From Pseudoalteromonas translucida KMM 520 (GTDB taxonomy: Bacteria; Pseudomonadota; Gammaproteobacteria; Enterobacterales; Alteromonadaceae), in assembly GCF_001465295.1 (NCBI RefSeq), contig NZ_CP011034.1, positions 2,940,001-2,972,000 of the forward strand: a DNA stretch of 32,000 bases. Direction: 5' to 3'. A model generated the notes under the pieces. It did no database searches and was not told the origin of the DNA. It saw nothing but the letters and a program-made list of their open reading frames with translations. The translations under genes were made by a program, and so were the position numbers. Position 1 is the stretch's first letter; the number at the start of each line of letters is the position of its first letter. Positions 1 to 9,231 of the stretch are shown here, one piece after another.

Positions 1-1
1 C

Positions 2-244
2 ATATCTATATTAGCTAACGATGCCGATAACACGGCGCAAAAAGCCGTACTAAATGGCACAGCTAAAAATCTACTCGGCAATAAACAAACGCTTAACTTT
101 AAAGAAGTAATTGAAGGCGATGCAATTTATTACCTTGCTCAAGTTAACTACACTAACGAAGAAGTTTTACGTTTTGAGATTGAAATACAGCAAGACTCAC
201 AATTTCAAAAATTACAGTTTCAGCAAAAATTTTACGTAGATTAA
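2..244 (+). CDS. 3' end of a CDS truncated by the window edge. Product unidentified, possibly the small DUF4426-type protein that often precedes rdgB.
   Basis: Frame 2 is open from the window edge to TAA at 242-244 (...AIYYLAQVNYTNEEVLRFEIEIQQDSQFQKLQFQQKFYVD*). It is absent from the ORF track because it has no in-window start. It ends 7 nt before the rdgB ATG. The product guess is from remembered synteny only. Confidence 0.45.
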   Translation: MSILANDADNTAQKAVLNGTAKNLLGNKQTLNFKEVIEGDAIYYLAQVNYTNEEVLRFEIEIQQDSQFQKLQFQQKFYVD

Positions 245-251
245 ATAACTT

Positions 252-851
252 ATGATAAAAACTTTAGTACTTGCCACAGGCAACCCAGGCAAAGTAAATG
301 AACTTGCAAACATGCTCAGCCCGCTCAATATTAATGTTGTGCCGCAAAGCGACTTTAACGTAGGTGAGGTGGCCGAAACCGGTACCACTTTTGTAGAAAA
401 TGCCATTATTAAAGCCCGCCATGCAGCCAAAATTACCGGTATGCCTGCTATTGCTGATGACTCGGGATTAGAGGTCGATGGTTTAAATGGTGCGCCAGGT
501 GTGTACTCGGCGCGCTTTGCCGGTGCAGGTGCAACTGATCAAGATAACATAGATAAGCTACTACTTGAGCTGGGTAATAACCCAATTAGAACGGCACGCT
601 TTTGGTGTGTACTGGTATTAATGCACCACGCTAATGACCCAACTCCGCTTATTTGTAGCGCCAGTTGGGAAGGTGAAATAACCCTAACCCAAAATGGCGA
701 AGGCGGCTTTGGTTACGACCCGGTATTTTTTGTACCAACGCTTAATTGCACCAGTGCCGAGCTGACAAAAGAGCAAAAAAATGCCATTAGCCATCGCGGT
801 CAAGCATTACAAAATTTACTACAGCAACTTAAGCTAAAAGGCGGCCTGTGA
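252..851 (+). CDS. rdgB: dITP/XTP pyrophosphatase (non-canonical purine NTP pyrophosphatase, Ham1/RdgB family)
   Basis: 199 aa. Contains [41 protein letters not shown] and SHRGQAL motifs typical of RdgB. Followed by hemW as in many gammaproteobacteria. Confidence 0.93.
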   Translation: MIKTLVLATGNPGKVNELANMLSPLNINVVPQSDFNVGEVAETGTTFVENAIIKARHAAKITGMPAIADDSGLEVDGLNGAPGVYSARFAGAGATDQDNIDKLLLELGNNPIRTARFWCVLVLMHHANDPTPLICSASWEGEITLTQNGEGGFGYDPVFFVPTLNCTSAELTKEQKNAISHRGQALQNLLQQLKLKGGL

Positions 852-1984
852 ACCTACCACCACTAAGCTTATATGTGCACGTTCCTTGGTGCGTGCAAAA
901 ATGCCCATATTGCGACTTTAATAGCCACGGACAAAAAGGTGAAATTCCTGAAGCTGAATATGTGCAGCATTTAATTGATGATTTAAAAGCCGACCTGCAT
1001 TTAGTCCAAGGGCGTAAAATTCATAGTATTTTTATTGGTGGTGGCACACCTAGCTTATTAACTGGCGCAGCTTACACACGCCTACTTAGTGAAGTTAAAA
1101 GCCTTATTGGGCTTGAAGATAACTGCGAAATAACCCTTGAAGCAAACCCTGGCACTGTTGAAACTGGCCGCTTTAAAGATTATGTAAAAGCAGGTATTAA
1201 CCGCATTTCTATTGGTGTGCAAAGCATGCAAAACGACAAGCTTAAAGCGCTTGGCCGTATTCATGGCAGCGACGAGGCAAACTACGCCGCAGAGCAAGCC
1301 AAAGAAGCGGGGTTAAATAGCTTTAATCTTGATTTAATGCATGGCTTACCTGGGCAAACTCTCGATGATGCACTGGGCGATTTAAAGCAAATTATTGCCC
1401 TTAACCCGCCGCATATTTCTTGGTATCAGCTAACTATTGAGCCCAATACACAATTTGCTTCTAAGCCGCCTACCCTGCCACAAGACGAAACGCTGTGGGA
1501 CATTCAAGAGCAAGGCCAAGAGTTACTCGCACAAGCCGGTTACCAGCAATACGAAATATCAGGCTATGCAAAGCCTGGCTATCAATGCCAACACAACTTA
1601 AATTATTGGCGTTTTGGCGATTATATCGGTATTGGTTGTGGCGCGCATGGTAAGGTAACTGATGCAAATACAGGCATAATAACCCGCACCGAAAAAGTTA
1701 AGCACCCGCGTGGTTACATGGATCTGATCAAACCTTACTTGTTTAAAAGCTGGCAGGTTGAACAAGACGATTTAGCATTTGAGTTTTTTATGAACCGCTT
1801 TCGTCTAGTAGAGCCGTGCCCTATTAACGACTTTAATGCGCTTACACAGCAACCATTACAAAGCCAACAACACGCGCTACAACAGGCAATTAAATTGGGC
1901 TTATTAATACAAACTGATAGCCATTGGCAAGTAACACTAAAAGGTCAGCGCTTTTTAAATGATCTGCTAGAGTTATTTGTTTAA
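848..1984 (+). CDS. hemW: Radical-SAM heme chaperone HemW (YggW, oxygen-independent coproporphyrinogen oxidase-like)
   Basis: 378 aa. Has the CxxxCxxC radical-SAM cluster motif ([10 protein letters not shown]) near the N-terminus and a HemN-like C-terminal region. The GTG start overlaps the rdgB stop (GTGA, 848-851). Confidence 0.9.
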   Translation: MNLPPLSLYVHVPWCVQKCPYCDFNSHGQKGEIPEAEYVQHLIDDLKADLHLVQGRKIHSIFIGGGTPSLLTGAAYTRLLSEVKSLIGLEDNCEITLEANPGTVETGRFKDYVKAGINRISIGVQSMQNDKLKALGRIHGSDEANYAAEQAKEAGLNSFNLDLMHGLPGQTLDDALGDLKQIIALNPPHISWYQLTIEPNTQFASKPPTLPQDETLWDIQEQGQELLAQAGYQQYEISGYAKPGYQCQHNLNYWRFGDYIGIGCGAHGKVTDANTGIITRTEKVKHPRGYMDLIKPYLFKSWQVEQDDLAFEFFMNRFRLVEPCPINDFNALTQQPLQSQQHALQQAIKLGLLIQTDSHWQVTLKGQRFLNDLLELFV

Positions 1985-2044
1985 CGCTAGGCTCTAGGCC
2001 TACAAAATTATAATAATAAATTTCTAACATCAAGAGGATAGATA

Positions 2045-3877
2045 ATGCGTAAATTTACTTTTATTGCAGCTGCAGTAAGCGTTGCACTACTTGCTGGTTG
2101 CCAGCAAGCTACACAACAAGTAACAACAGCACCAGCGGTACAAGCACAACCAGTACAAAGTGAAATAGACAAAGCGAATGCTTTTTTTGAAGATACCTTT
2201 ACTCGTGACGTAATGAGCAGCCCTGTATATCAAACATACATGGGTATTAAGCAAGATTACGACAAGTGGGACGATGGTAGCGAAGCGAAAAAATTAAAAG
2301 ACTTTGCACAAACCAAAGCTGATTTAGTAACGCTTAATAGCATTAATCGTGCTCAGCTTGATGACGCAACTAAAGTAAGTTACGACTTAAAAAAACAAGA
2401 TCTTGAAAACTCAATTGCTGACTTCAAATGGCGTTACCACAGTTACCCGGTAAACCAAATGTACGGCACTCATTCTATGATCGCGGCATTTTTAATTAAT
2501 CAACACTCAATTAGTAATGTAAAAGACGCTAAAGCGTATATATCTCGCTTAAACGGTGTGCCAGCTGTATTTGATCAGTTAATTACTGATTTAGAAGTAC
2601 GTGCTGAAAAAGGTATTATTGCCCCTAAGTTTGTATTCCCGCATGTTATCGACTCAAGCAAAAACATTATTAAAGGCGCTCCATTTGAGCAAGGCGACGA
2701 CTCTACTTTACTTAGCGACTTTAAACGTAAAGTTAATAAACTAGAGATCAGTCAAAGCGAAAAAGACAGCCTAACCGCTGATGCAGTAGATGCTTTAAAG
2801 TCGGCTGTTAAACCGGCTTACTCTAAACTGATTAATTATATAGCCCAACTTGAAAAACGCGCAGATAACCGCGACGGTGCATGGAAATTTCCTGACGGCG
2901 AAGCGTTTTATAACAATGCGTTAAAGCGCACTACCACCACAGACCTAACAGCAAAAGAAATACACGCTATTGGCCTTGCTGAAGTGGCTCGTATTCATGA
3001 TGAAATGCGCGCCATAAAAGATAAAGTAGGCTTTAAAGGCGATTTAGCTGCTTTCATGCAGTTTATGAAAACCGACAAGCAGTTTTATTTACCAAATACT
3101 GATGCAGCTAAAGAGCAATATATTAGCCAAGCAACCGACCTAATTAATAATATGAAGTCGCGTCTTGATGAGTTATTTATTGTAAAACCAAAAGCCGATA
3201 TGATTGTAAAACGCGTTGAAGCATTTCGTGAAAAAGCAGCTGGCAAGGCGTTTTATCAACAACCAGCACCAGATGGCTCTCGTCCAGGTGTTTACTACGC
3301 CAACCTTTACGACATGGAAGCGATGCCCACTTACCAAATGGAAGCTCTAACTTATCATGAAGGCATTCCGGGGCATCATATGCAAATTGCGATTTCGCAA
3401 GAGCTAGAAGGCGTGCCTAAGTTTCGTAAATTTGGTGGCTACACTGCTTATATTGAAGGTTGGGGCTTATACTCTGAGCTAGTACCAAAAGAAATGGGCT
3501 TATACGAAGACCCATATTCTGACTTTGGTCGTCTTTCGATGGAGTTATGGCGCGCAGCACGTTTAGTGGTTGATACAGGTATTCACGCTATGCAGTGGAA
3601 CCGCCAACAAGGTATTGATTACTACGTAAATAACACGCCTAATGCGACCTCTGACGGGGTTAAAATGGTTGAGCGTCACATTGTAATGCCATCGCAAGCA
3701 ACTGCTTATAAAGTGGGTATGCTGAAGATTTTAGAACTGCGTGAAAATGCAAAGCAGCAACTAGGTGATAAGTTTGATATTCGCCAGTTCCACGACGTAG
3801 TGCTTAAAAATGGCCCAGTACCACTTAACGTACTAGAAGACTTTGTTAATCAGTGGATAGCAAGTAAACAAGCTTAA
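2045..3877 (+). CDS. DUF885-family lipoprotein (metallopeptidase-like HExxGHH motif)
   Basis: 610 aa. Lipoprotein signal with lipobox (VALLAGC). Contains the YHEGIPGHHMQ motif and the overall length typical of DUF885. Strong SD (AGAGGA) upstream of the ATG. Confidence 0.8.
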   Translation: MRKFTFIAAAVSVALLAGCQQATQQVTTAPAVQAQPVQSEIDKANAFFEDTFTRDVMSSPVYQTYMGIKQDYDKWDDGSEAKKLKDFAQTKADLVTLNSINRAQLDDATKVSYDLKKQDLENSIADFKWRYHSYPVNQMYGTHSMIAAFLINQHSISNVKDAKAYISRLNGVPAVFDQLITDLEVRAEKGIIAPKFVFPHVIDSSKNIIKGAPFEQGDDSTLLSDFKRKVNKLEISQSEKDSLTADAVDALKSAVKPAYSKLINYIAQLEKRADNRDGAWKFPDGEAFYNNALKRTTTTDLTAKEIHAIGLAEVARIHDEMRAIKDKVGFKGDLAAFMQFMKTDKQFYLPNTDAAKEQYISQATDLINNMKSRLDELFIVKPKADMIVKRVEAFREKAAGKAFYQQPAPDGSRPGVYYANLYDMEAMPTYQMEALTYHEGIPGHHMQIAISQELEGVPKFRKFGGYTAYIEGWGLYSELVPKEMGLYEDPYSDFGRLSMELWRAARLVVDTGIHAMQWNRQQGIDYYVNNTPNATSDGVKMVERHIVMPSQATAYKVGMLKILELRENAKQQLGDKFDIRQFHDVVLKNGPVPLNVLEDFVNQWIASKQA

Positions 3878-3903
3878 CTTGCAATAACTCAGTAATAATA
3901 TAG

Positions 3904-3929
3904 AAGGTCGCTTATGCGGCCTTTTTTTT
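3904..3929 (+). terminator. Rho-independent terminator after the DUF885 gene
   Basis: aaggtcgc-ttat-gcggcctt stem-loop (one G-U pair) followed by a T run (ttttttt), 27 nt after the stop codon. Confidence 0.7.
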
Positions 3930-4011
3930 GTTTTATAAGCCAATTGTTTAAGCTAGAGTAGGTAACCTGAGCTCCGGATAATAAAATTAAATATAACTAT
4001 GATTCAATACG

Positions 4012-4033
4012 TTAGTAAATCTCTTAACCAGAG
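4012..4033 (+). promoter_or_regulatory. Copy 1 of a repeated 22-nt motif (ttagtaaatctcttaaccagag) in the leader of the orphan ORF 4070-4756
   Basis: 21/22 identical to 14694-14715 on the same strand. In both copies it is followed by atgt(t)aggta(a/t)ca, a GGGGA Shine-Dalgarno and a 6-nt spacer. Confidence 0.6.
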
Positions 4034-4069
4034 TTCATGTTAGGTAACAATAAACTAAGGGGATAAGCC

Positions 4070-4756
4070 ATGGAATTATGCATACAATTACTTAACGCAC
4101 GCCTTGCTAAGTATCAACTCGACGAGCTTGATAACGACTTTAAGCAGTTAACCCCAGCTCAGCAAGCAAACCAATTAATGCACTTGTATCAAAGCGCGCA
4201 GCGAATGAGTGTTAAATATAACTTTATGCAAAATGTGGCAATCCGTATTTTAACCAACAACCCTTTACCAACATCGTTTATTAGCCAACTAAGCACCCTA
4301 GATGCTTTAAGCTTTTTTACGCCTGCACTTAAAGTTAACAAGGGTTTTTTGGCGCAAAATGAGGCCAGTAATACTGTGTTGCATACAGTGTTTAAACAAC
4401 CTGATGCAAACAATTTACCGTTTAACTATGTACGTTCGTTAATGTTATTTGAATCTAACGATGACTTACTAAAAGCGCTGGCACTGCCTAACCAGCAAGG
4501 GTTAACGCCAGTTGCCTGTTATATTGCTTATGCAAATAAACCGACTACGCCAATAAAACATGAGTTTTCGGCGCTACTCGCATTAATGGAAATGGAGCAA
4601 AAGCAAAATGCACAAGCAAAACAGCAACTATTAAATGTATTACAAGGCAATACGGTAAACGAAACCACGCTGTTACTGAGCGCTGCCTATTTACAGCGCT
4701 CAATACCTCAAGTGATTAATTTACTTAGTCAGAAAGGTAATATTCAACGCTGGTAA
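4070..4756 (+). CDS. Hypothetical protein, no domain recognised (Q/N/L-rich, no signal peptide or TM segment seen)
   Basis: 228-codon open frame in an AT-rich genome. Good SD (GGGGA, 6-nt spacer) before the ATG. Arg codons are CGN like the neighbours. The 3' end overlaps the convergent SIMPL-like gene by 32 nt. Confidence 0.6.
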   Translation: MELCIQLLNARLAKYQLDELDNDFKQLTPAQQANQLMHLYQSAQRMSVKYNFMQNVAIRILTNNPLPTSFISQLSTLDALSFFTPALKVNKGFLAQNEASNTVLHTVFKQPDANNLPFNYVRSLMLFESNDDLLKALALPNQQGLTPVACYIAYANKPTTPIKHEFSALLALMEMEQKQNAQAKQQLLNVLQGNTVNETTLLLSAAYLQRSIPQVINLLSQKGNIQRW

Positions 4757-5441
4757 CCACGCGGATTTTTTTGATTTGCGGCGTATTAGAGTCACGATCA
4801 CTAATGCTAAATTGTCCTTGGCGAGCCGTTTTTATTTTACCTAACTTTGAATTTGAGTCTTTAGCAAATTTAGTCGCTACTTCGCGGGCTTTTTCGGTGG
4901 CCTCTTGTACCATTGCTGGTTTAATATCGTTTAAACCAGTGAACATATACTCCACACGGGTTTCGTAGTTGTCTTGCACTATGGCAATATTTTGCTTAGC
5001 CAGCTGACTTACCTTGCTCAGGGCATTTTTTACTTTGTCGGGCGCATTTGAATAAACAATAATATTAGAGCGCACTATATATCTAAATTGTTGATTTTCG
5101 CTGCCGTATTCGCGAGCTTGTTTATCTATAATTGATTGGCTGCCAGTGCTAATTTCTTCATCATCAAAGCCGTGTAACTTTAAAAATGCAATTACTGCAT
5201 CGTTTTTACCTTCAACTCTGCTCACTAACGCTTCTAAGTTATTGTCGGCATCACTAAATTGCAGTGGCCAGATCACGGTATCGGCCATCACTTCTTGCTC
5301 AGCCAATCCTTTTACTTGTACGGTACGTTCCATTCCTTTGATATCAAGCGCTGCACCTTTTAAAATAAACCCTAAGCTAATTAAGCCTATACTTAAACAT
5401 ATAGCCGCAATAACAATATTAAAGTTAGATGTTTTATTCAT
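4725..5441 (-). CDS. SIMPL/DUF541-like membrane-anchored periplasmic protein
   Basis: 238 aa with an N-terminal TM anchor (IVIAAICLSIGLISLGFIL). Length and pattern (TVQVKGLAEQEV..., C-terminal IRVVTSVEYYL) resemble SIMPL-domain proteins. SD GGGAG lies 5 nt before the ATG. The family call is from memory of the pattern only. Confidence 0.55.
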   Translation of the reverse strand: MNKTSNFNIVIAAICLSIGLISLGFILKGAALDIKGMERTVQVKGLAEQEVMADTVIWPLQFSDADNNLEALVSRVEGKNDAVIAFLKLHGFDDEEISTGSQSIIDKQAREYGSENQQFRYIVRSNIIVYSNAPDKVKNALSKVSQLAKQNIAIVQDNYETRVEYMFTGLNDIKPAMVQEATEKAREVATKFAKDSNSKLGKIKTARQGQFSISDRDSNTPQIKKIRVVTSVEYYLSD

Positions 5442-5553
5442 TAAAACTCCCTTGTTAAGCGCCTAAAACAACCCTAAACGCTCGAAAATATAATATAAAC
5501 AGAGTACATTGTGAAATAACAGATAGCAAAGATTAATCAGCATAGGAAAAGCC

Positions 5554-8220
5554 ATGAGTCTCAAGCGGATCAGTCAGTTTTTTAACCCAAGCTCGGTAGC
5601 CGTTATTGGTGCATCTAACACGCCAACCCGCGCTGGTTATGTAGTTATGCGTAACTTATTGCAAAGTGGTTTTAAAGGGCCAATTATGCCAGTAACGCCA
5701 AATCATACTGCGGTGCATGGTGTACTGGCATACCCTAGTATTGATGCCTTGCCAAAAGTACCTGACCTCGCGGTTATTTGTACTAATAAAAACACTTTAG
5801 ACCTTATTATTGAGCAACTTGGAAAGCTGGGCTGTCATAATGCCATCATCATTGCTGACGGCTTAAGTAACGCACAAAAACAAACTTTAAAAGAGTGCGC
5901 ACGTAGCCATCAAGTTACGCTGTTGGGCCCAAATTCTTTAGGATTATTAATTCCTCATATTGGCTTAAATGCCAGTTTTTCACACACTGTAGCGAGCCCT
6001 GGCAAACTCGCTTTCGTGTCGCAATCAGCGGCAGTGTGCTCAACCATTTTAGATTGGGCAAAAAACAAAGAAATTGGCTTTTCTTACTTTGTGTCAATGG
6101 GCGATTGTCTGGATATTAAGTTTACTGAATTGCTCGACTTTTTAGGTCGCGATGCTAAAACTACGGCTATTTTGCTCTACATAGATAACATTGAGGACAG
6201 TCGCAGCTTTATTTCTGCAGCTCGAGCGGCCGCTTTTAGCAAACCCGTAATTGTAATTAAAACAGGCAGGACTCATCCGGGCGCGATTGCCGCTGAAGCT
6301 CAATCGGGAATAGCGCATAGCTCAGATGCGGTATACGATGCTCTATTTCAGCGCGCGGGTATGTTAAGAGTAAACGATTTGCGCGAGCTATTTGCTGCAA
6401 CACAAACATTAGCTATGCACCCTAAATTATTAAAAGTAGAGCAGCTCACTATTTTAACCAATGGTGGCGGCCCTGGCGTAATGGCAGTAGATGAGCTAAT
6501 ACAAAGCTCAGGTAAATTAACGCAATTGAGTGACGAGACATGTGATGCACTCAATAAAGTAATTCCTCGCTCAGAGAAGGCCTCAAACCCGGTAGATATT
6601 TTTGGTGACTCAGCCCCAAGCCGCTATAAGCACGCGTTAGAAATTCTACTTAAAGCCCCTGAAGTAAAAAACTTACTGATTATTCACACTCCATCTGCGC
6701 TAGCACCTAGCGAAGACTATGCAAATATTATTGTTGAAGCCTTACAAGCACTCCCTAAAATGGCACGCCCGTATGTTATCACTAACTTTACCGGTGAAGA
6801 TGCCGCCTATGCTGCTAGGCGAGTTTGCGCTAATAATGCGATCCCAACTTATCGTACTCCCGAGGGCGCTGTTGGGGCTTTTATGCACTTAGTCAGTTAT
6901 CGACGTAATCAAAAGCATTTAACCCAAACCCCTGAGTCGAATACCGTAGATACAAAAATTAATAAGTCGGCAGCTAAAGCCTTAGTAAATGAGTTTTTAG
7001 AAGAAGGGCAAAGTTATTTACCGACCCATCAAGCGAGCCAAATTTTAAGTCATTACGGTATTGAGTGTATTCAAACTGAAGTGGCTTACACGCCAACAGA
7101 AGCAAAAGAGCAAGCCATTGAGTTGGGCTTTCCGGTGGCGCTAAAATTAATTAGCCCAAGTATTCCTTCAAAATCTGAAGTGGGTGGCGTAGTGCTTAAC
7201 TTAAATGACGCCCAAGAAGTAGAGCAAACTGCCTTTTCGATGTTATTAAGAATAAAGAACACTTATCCCGATGCCATTATTGATGGTTTTTCGCTGCAAA
7301 AAATGGCGCCGCGTGCTGGAGCCAACGAACTGCGAATAGCAATAAAAACAGAGCCTAATTTTGGTCCCGTTATTTTACTAGGAGAAGCAGGCACCGGCCT
7401 TGAATACGCACAAGCAGCAGTAGCTTTGCCCCCGCTAAATATGAACCTAGCAAAATACTTAATTGCCGCGGCGCACGATAAAGGCGTACTAAAGGATCGT
7501 ATCCTGCCTGAAAAAGTAGATAAATATAGACTCTGCGCATTGCTTACTCGCATCTCGCAGTTAGTAATTGATCAGCCTGACATTAGCTCCTTAGAGCTCA
7601 ACCCTATATTAGCCAGCAATGGGCAATTTTTAGTGCTCGACGCCACCATGACCATTAACCGCTATCGAGTGCAAACGCACCGCAAACGTTTATCTATTCG
7701 CCCCTACCCGATTGAATTGGTAGAGGCCGTAACGTTAAAAAATAATACCCAAGCGACGCTGCGCCCAATTAAACCAGAAGACGAGCAAGCACATCAGCAG
7801 TTCGATCAGTCTTTAACCAAAGAGGATCGCTATAAACGATTTTTTGGAGAGTTAAGGCAGTTTAATCACGACCAACTCGCTAAAATGACGCAAATAGATT
7901 ACGACCGTGAAATGGCCTTTATTGTATCTCAAGCACATCAAGGGCAACCTCGCACTCTTGGCGTATCGCGCGTTATAATGGATCCGGATAATTTACAGGC
8001 CGAATTTGCCGTTGTAGTGCGCTCAGACTGCCAAGGCCTTGGGCTCGGTCGTATATTAATGACAGCCGCAATTGAGCACTGTAAGCGCCAAGGAGTTAAA
8101 TCTATTGAAGGAATTACTTTGCCAGAGAACACCGGCATGATTGAGCTTGCGCGTAAATTGGGCTTTAAAATAAGCCGCGACTTTGAAGAAGGCAGTATAA
8201 ATATGGTACTTAAACTATAA
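5554..8220 (+). CDS. patZ: Protein lysine acetyltransferase of PatZ/YfiQ/Pka type (ADP-forming acyl-CoA synthetase-like N-terminus plus C-terminal GNAT)
   Basis: 888 aa. Has a CoA-binding N-terminus (SVAVIGASNTPTRAGY), succinyl-CoA-synthetase-like and ATP-grasp regions, and a C-terminal GNAT with the QGLGLGR acetyl-CoA motif. The architecture and length are as I recall for E. coli PatZ. Confidence 0.85.
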   Translation: MSLKRISQFFNPSSVAVIGASNTPTRAGYVVMRNLLQSGFKGPIMPVTPNHTAVHGVLAYPSIDALPKVPDLAVICTNKNTLDLIIEQLGKLGCHNAIIIADGLSNAQKQTLKECARSHQVTLLGPNSLGLLIPHIGLNASFSHTVASPGKLAFVSQSAAVCSTILDWAKNKEIGFSYFVSMGDCLDIKFTELLDFLGRDAKTTAILLYIDNIEDSRSFISAARAAAFSKPVIVIKTGRTHPGAIAAEAQSGIAHSSDAVYDALFQRAGMLRVNDLRELFAATQTLAMHPKLLKVEQLTILTNGGGPGVMAVDELIQSSGKLTQLSDETCDALNKVIPRSEKASNPVDIFGDSAPSRYKHALEILLKAPEVKNLLIIHTPSALAPSEDYANIIVEALQALPKMARPYVITNFTGEDAAYAARRVCANNAIPTYRTPEGAVGAFMHLVSYRRNQKHLTQTPESNTVDTKINKSAAKALVNEFLEEGQSYLPTHQASQILSHYGIECIQTEVAYTPTEAKEQAIELGFPVALKLISPSIPSKSEVGGVVLNLNDAQEVEQTAFSMLLRIKNTYPDAIIDGFSLQKMAPRAGANELRIAIKTEPNFGPVILLGEAGTGLEYAQAAVALPPLNMNLAKYLIAAAHDKGVLKDRILPEKVDKYRLCALLTRISQLVIDQPDISSLELNPILASNGQFLVLDATMTINRYRVQTHRKRLSIRPYPIELVEAVTLKNNTQATLRPIKPEDEQAHQQFDQSLTKEDRYKRFFGELRQFNHDQLAKMTQIDYDREMAFIVSQAHQGQPRTLGVSRVIMDPDNLQAEFAVVVRSDCQGLGLGRILMTAAIEHCKRQGVKSIEGITLPENTGMIELARKLGFKISRDFEEGSINMVLKL

Positions 8221-9174
8221 ATGAACTATATACGAAAACTTAGACAAAAAATTGCGCACACTTTTGAAGCCTCTGGAGAGTATCAGCGCGCGGGGCACAT
8301 ACTTGATGTAATGCTGGTTTGTCTCATAATGGTCAACGTAGTTGCCATTGTCCTTGAGTCAGTATCAAGTATTGCTAAGCAGTACCATGAAGAATTTTTC
8401 TTATTAGAAATTGTCTCCATAACTATATTTTCTATTGAATACATAATACGGCTTTGGACCTGTGTAGACAGAGTTAAATATGCAGCTATTGAAGGCTCAA
8501 ACAGCAAACGCCGATTGCACTATATTTTTTCGCCTTTAGCATTAATTGATTTAATTGCTATATTACCTAGCTTACTGATGTTTTTCTTTATGCTAGATTT
8601 GCGTTTTTTACGGGTTTTAAGATTACTGCGAGTATTTAAGTTAACCCGTTATTCGCGTGCTATGCAGTTGCTTTTACAAGCCTTTATTGATGAAGGCAGT
8701 ACTCTTTTAGCGGCTTTTTTTATTATGGCCGTGGTACTTATTTTAGCCTCTTGTGGTATTTACTTGCTTGAACACGATATACAGCCCGATAAATTTGGCT
8801 CTATCCCTGCAGCAATGTGGTGGGCTATGGCAACGCTAACTACCGTGGGCTACGGCGATGTAGTACCTATAACCCCCATTGGTAAACTATTTGGTGGAGT
8901 AATCACCCTAGTGAGTATGGGAATGGTTGCAGTGCCTACCGGCTTACTTGCATCGAGCTTTTCAGAGCAAGTACGTAAACGCCGTCAAGTATTCGAAAAT
9001 GCAGTACACGAACAGATCACTAACGGCACTCTCAACAAGGAGCACCTCAGTCATCTTGAAGATCTGCGTTACAAACTAGGGCTGAGTAAACTAGAAGCCA
9101 ATAAAGCCATAAAAGCCCAACTTAACGAGCGCAGCGAACACATGTTTTGTAGAAACTGTGGCAAGCGCCCATAA
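8221..9174 (+). CDS. Voltage-gated-type (6-TM) potassium channel
   Basis: 317 aa. S4-like helix with a basic residue at every third position (LRFLRVLRLLRVFKLTRYSR). K+ selectivity filter TTVGYGD. The ATG directly abuts the patZ stop (TAA-ATG, 8218-8223). Confidence 0.85.
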   Translation: MNYIRKLRQKIAHTFEASGEYQRAGHILDVMLVCLIMVNVVAIVLESVSSIAKQYHEEFFLLEIVSITIFSIEYIIRLWTCVDRVKYAAIEGSNSKRRLHYIFSPLALIDLIAILPSLLMFFFMLDLRFLRVLRLLRVFKLTRYSRAMQLLLQAFIDEGSTLLAAFFIMAVVLILASCGIYLLEHDIQPDKFGSIPAAMWWAMATLTTVGYGDVVPITPIGKLFGGVITLVSMGMVAVPTGLLASSFSEQVRKRRQVFENAVHEQITNGTLNKEHLSHLEDLRYKLGLSKLEANKAIKAQLNERSEHMFCRNCGKRP

Positions 9175-9188
9175 ATAGGTTAAAAGTA

Positions 9189-9211
9189 GTTGTCAGCTTT
9201 TTGCTGGCAAC
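9189..9211. terminator. Hairpin between the convergent K+ channel and GGDEF/EAL genes (possible bidirectional terminator)
   Basis: gttgtcagc-ttttt-gctggcaac, a 9-bp stem with one G-U pair. There is no clear T run on the plus side, so function is uncertain. Confidence 0.35.
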
Positions 9212-9231
9212 CACGCACTAAAGGATTCCCT

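Noticed and set aside
1985-2010. Possible terminator after hemW (ctaggctctaggcctac).
   Set aside because: Only a 4-bp stem can form, and there is no T run.
3958-3966. Recurring TAGGTA(A/T) heptamers in intergenic regions (about 3959, 4041, 13773, 14733, 23835) that looked like a shared site.
   Set aside because: A rough expectation for such a 7-mer on both strands of 32 kb of AT-rich DNA is several occurrences. Apart from the two copies that belong to the longer leader repeat, this is not significant.
4370-4560. Ankyrin-like motifs (NTVLHTVF, GLTPVACYIAYAN) in the orphan 228-aa protein.
   Set aside because: The spacing between the two motifs (about 45 aa) does not fit the 33-aa ankyrin repeat, and the rest of the consensus is absent.
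5489-5494. Consensus TATAAT 60 nt upstream of the patZ ATG.
   Set aside because: There is no acceptable -35 at 16-18 nt spacing, and TATAAT-like hexamers are common in AT-rich DNA. I did not call it as a promoter feature.
5510-5525. TGTGA half-site (tgtgaaataacagata) upstream of patZ. E. coli patZ is CRP-activated as I recall, so a CRP site was plausible.
   Set aside because: Only the left half matches. The right half (AGATA) is a poor match to TCACA. This is not enough to call a CRP site.
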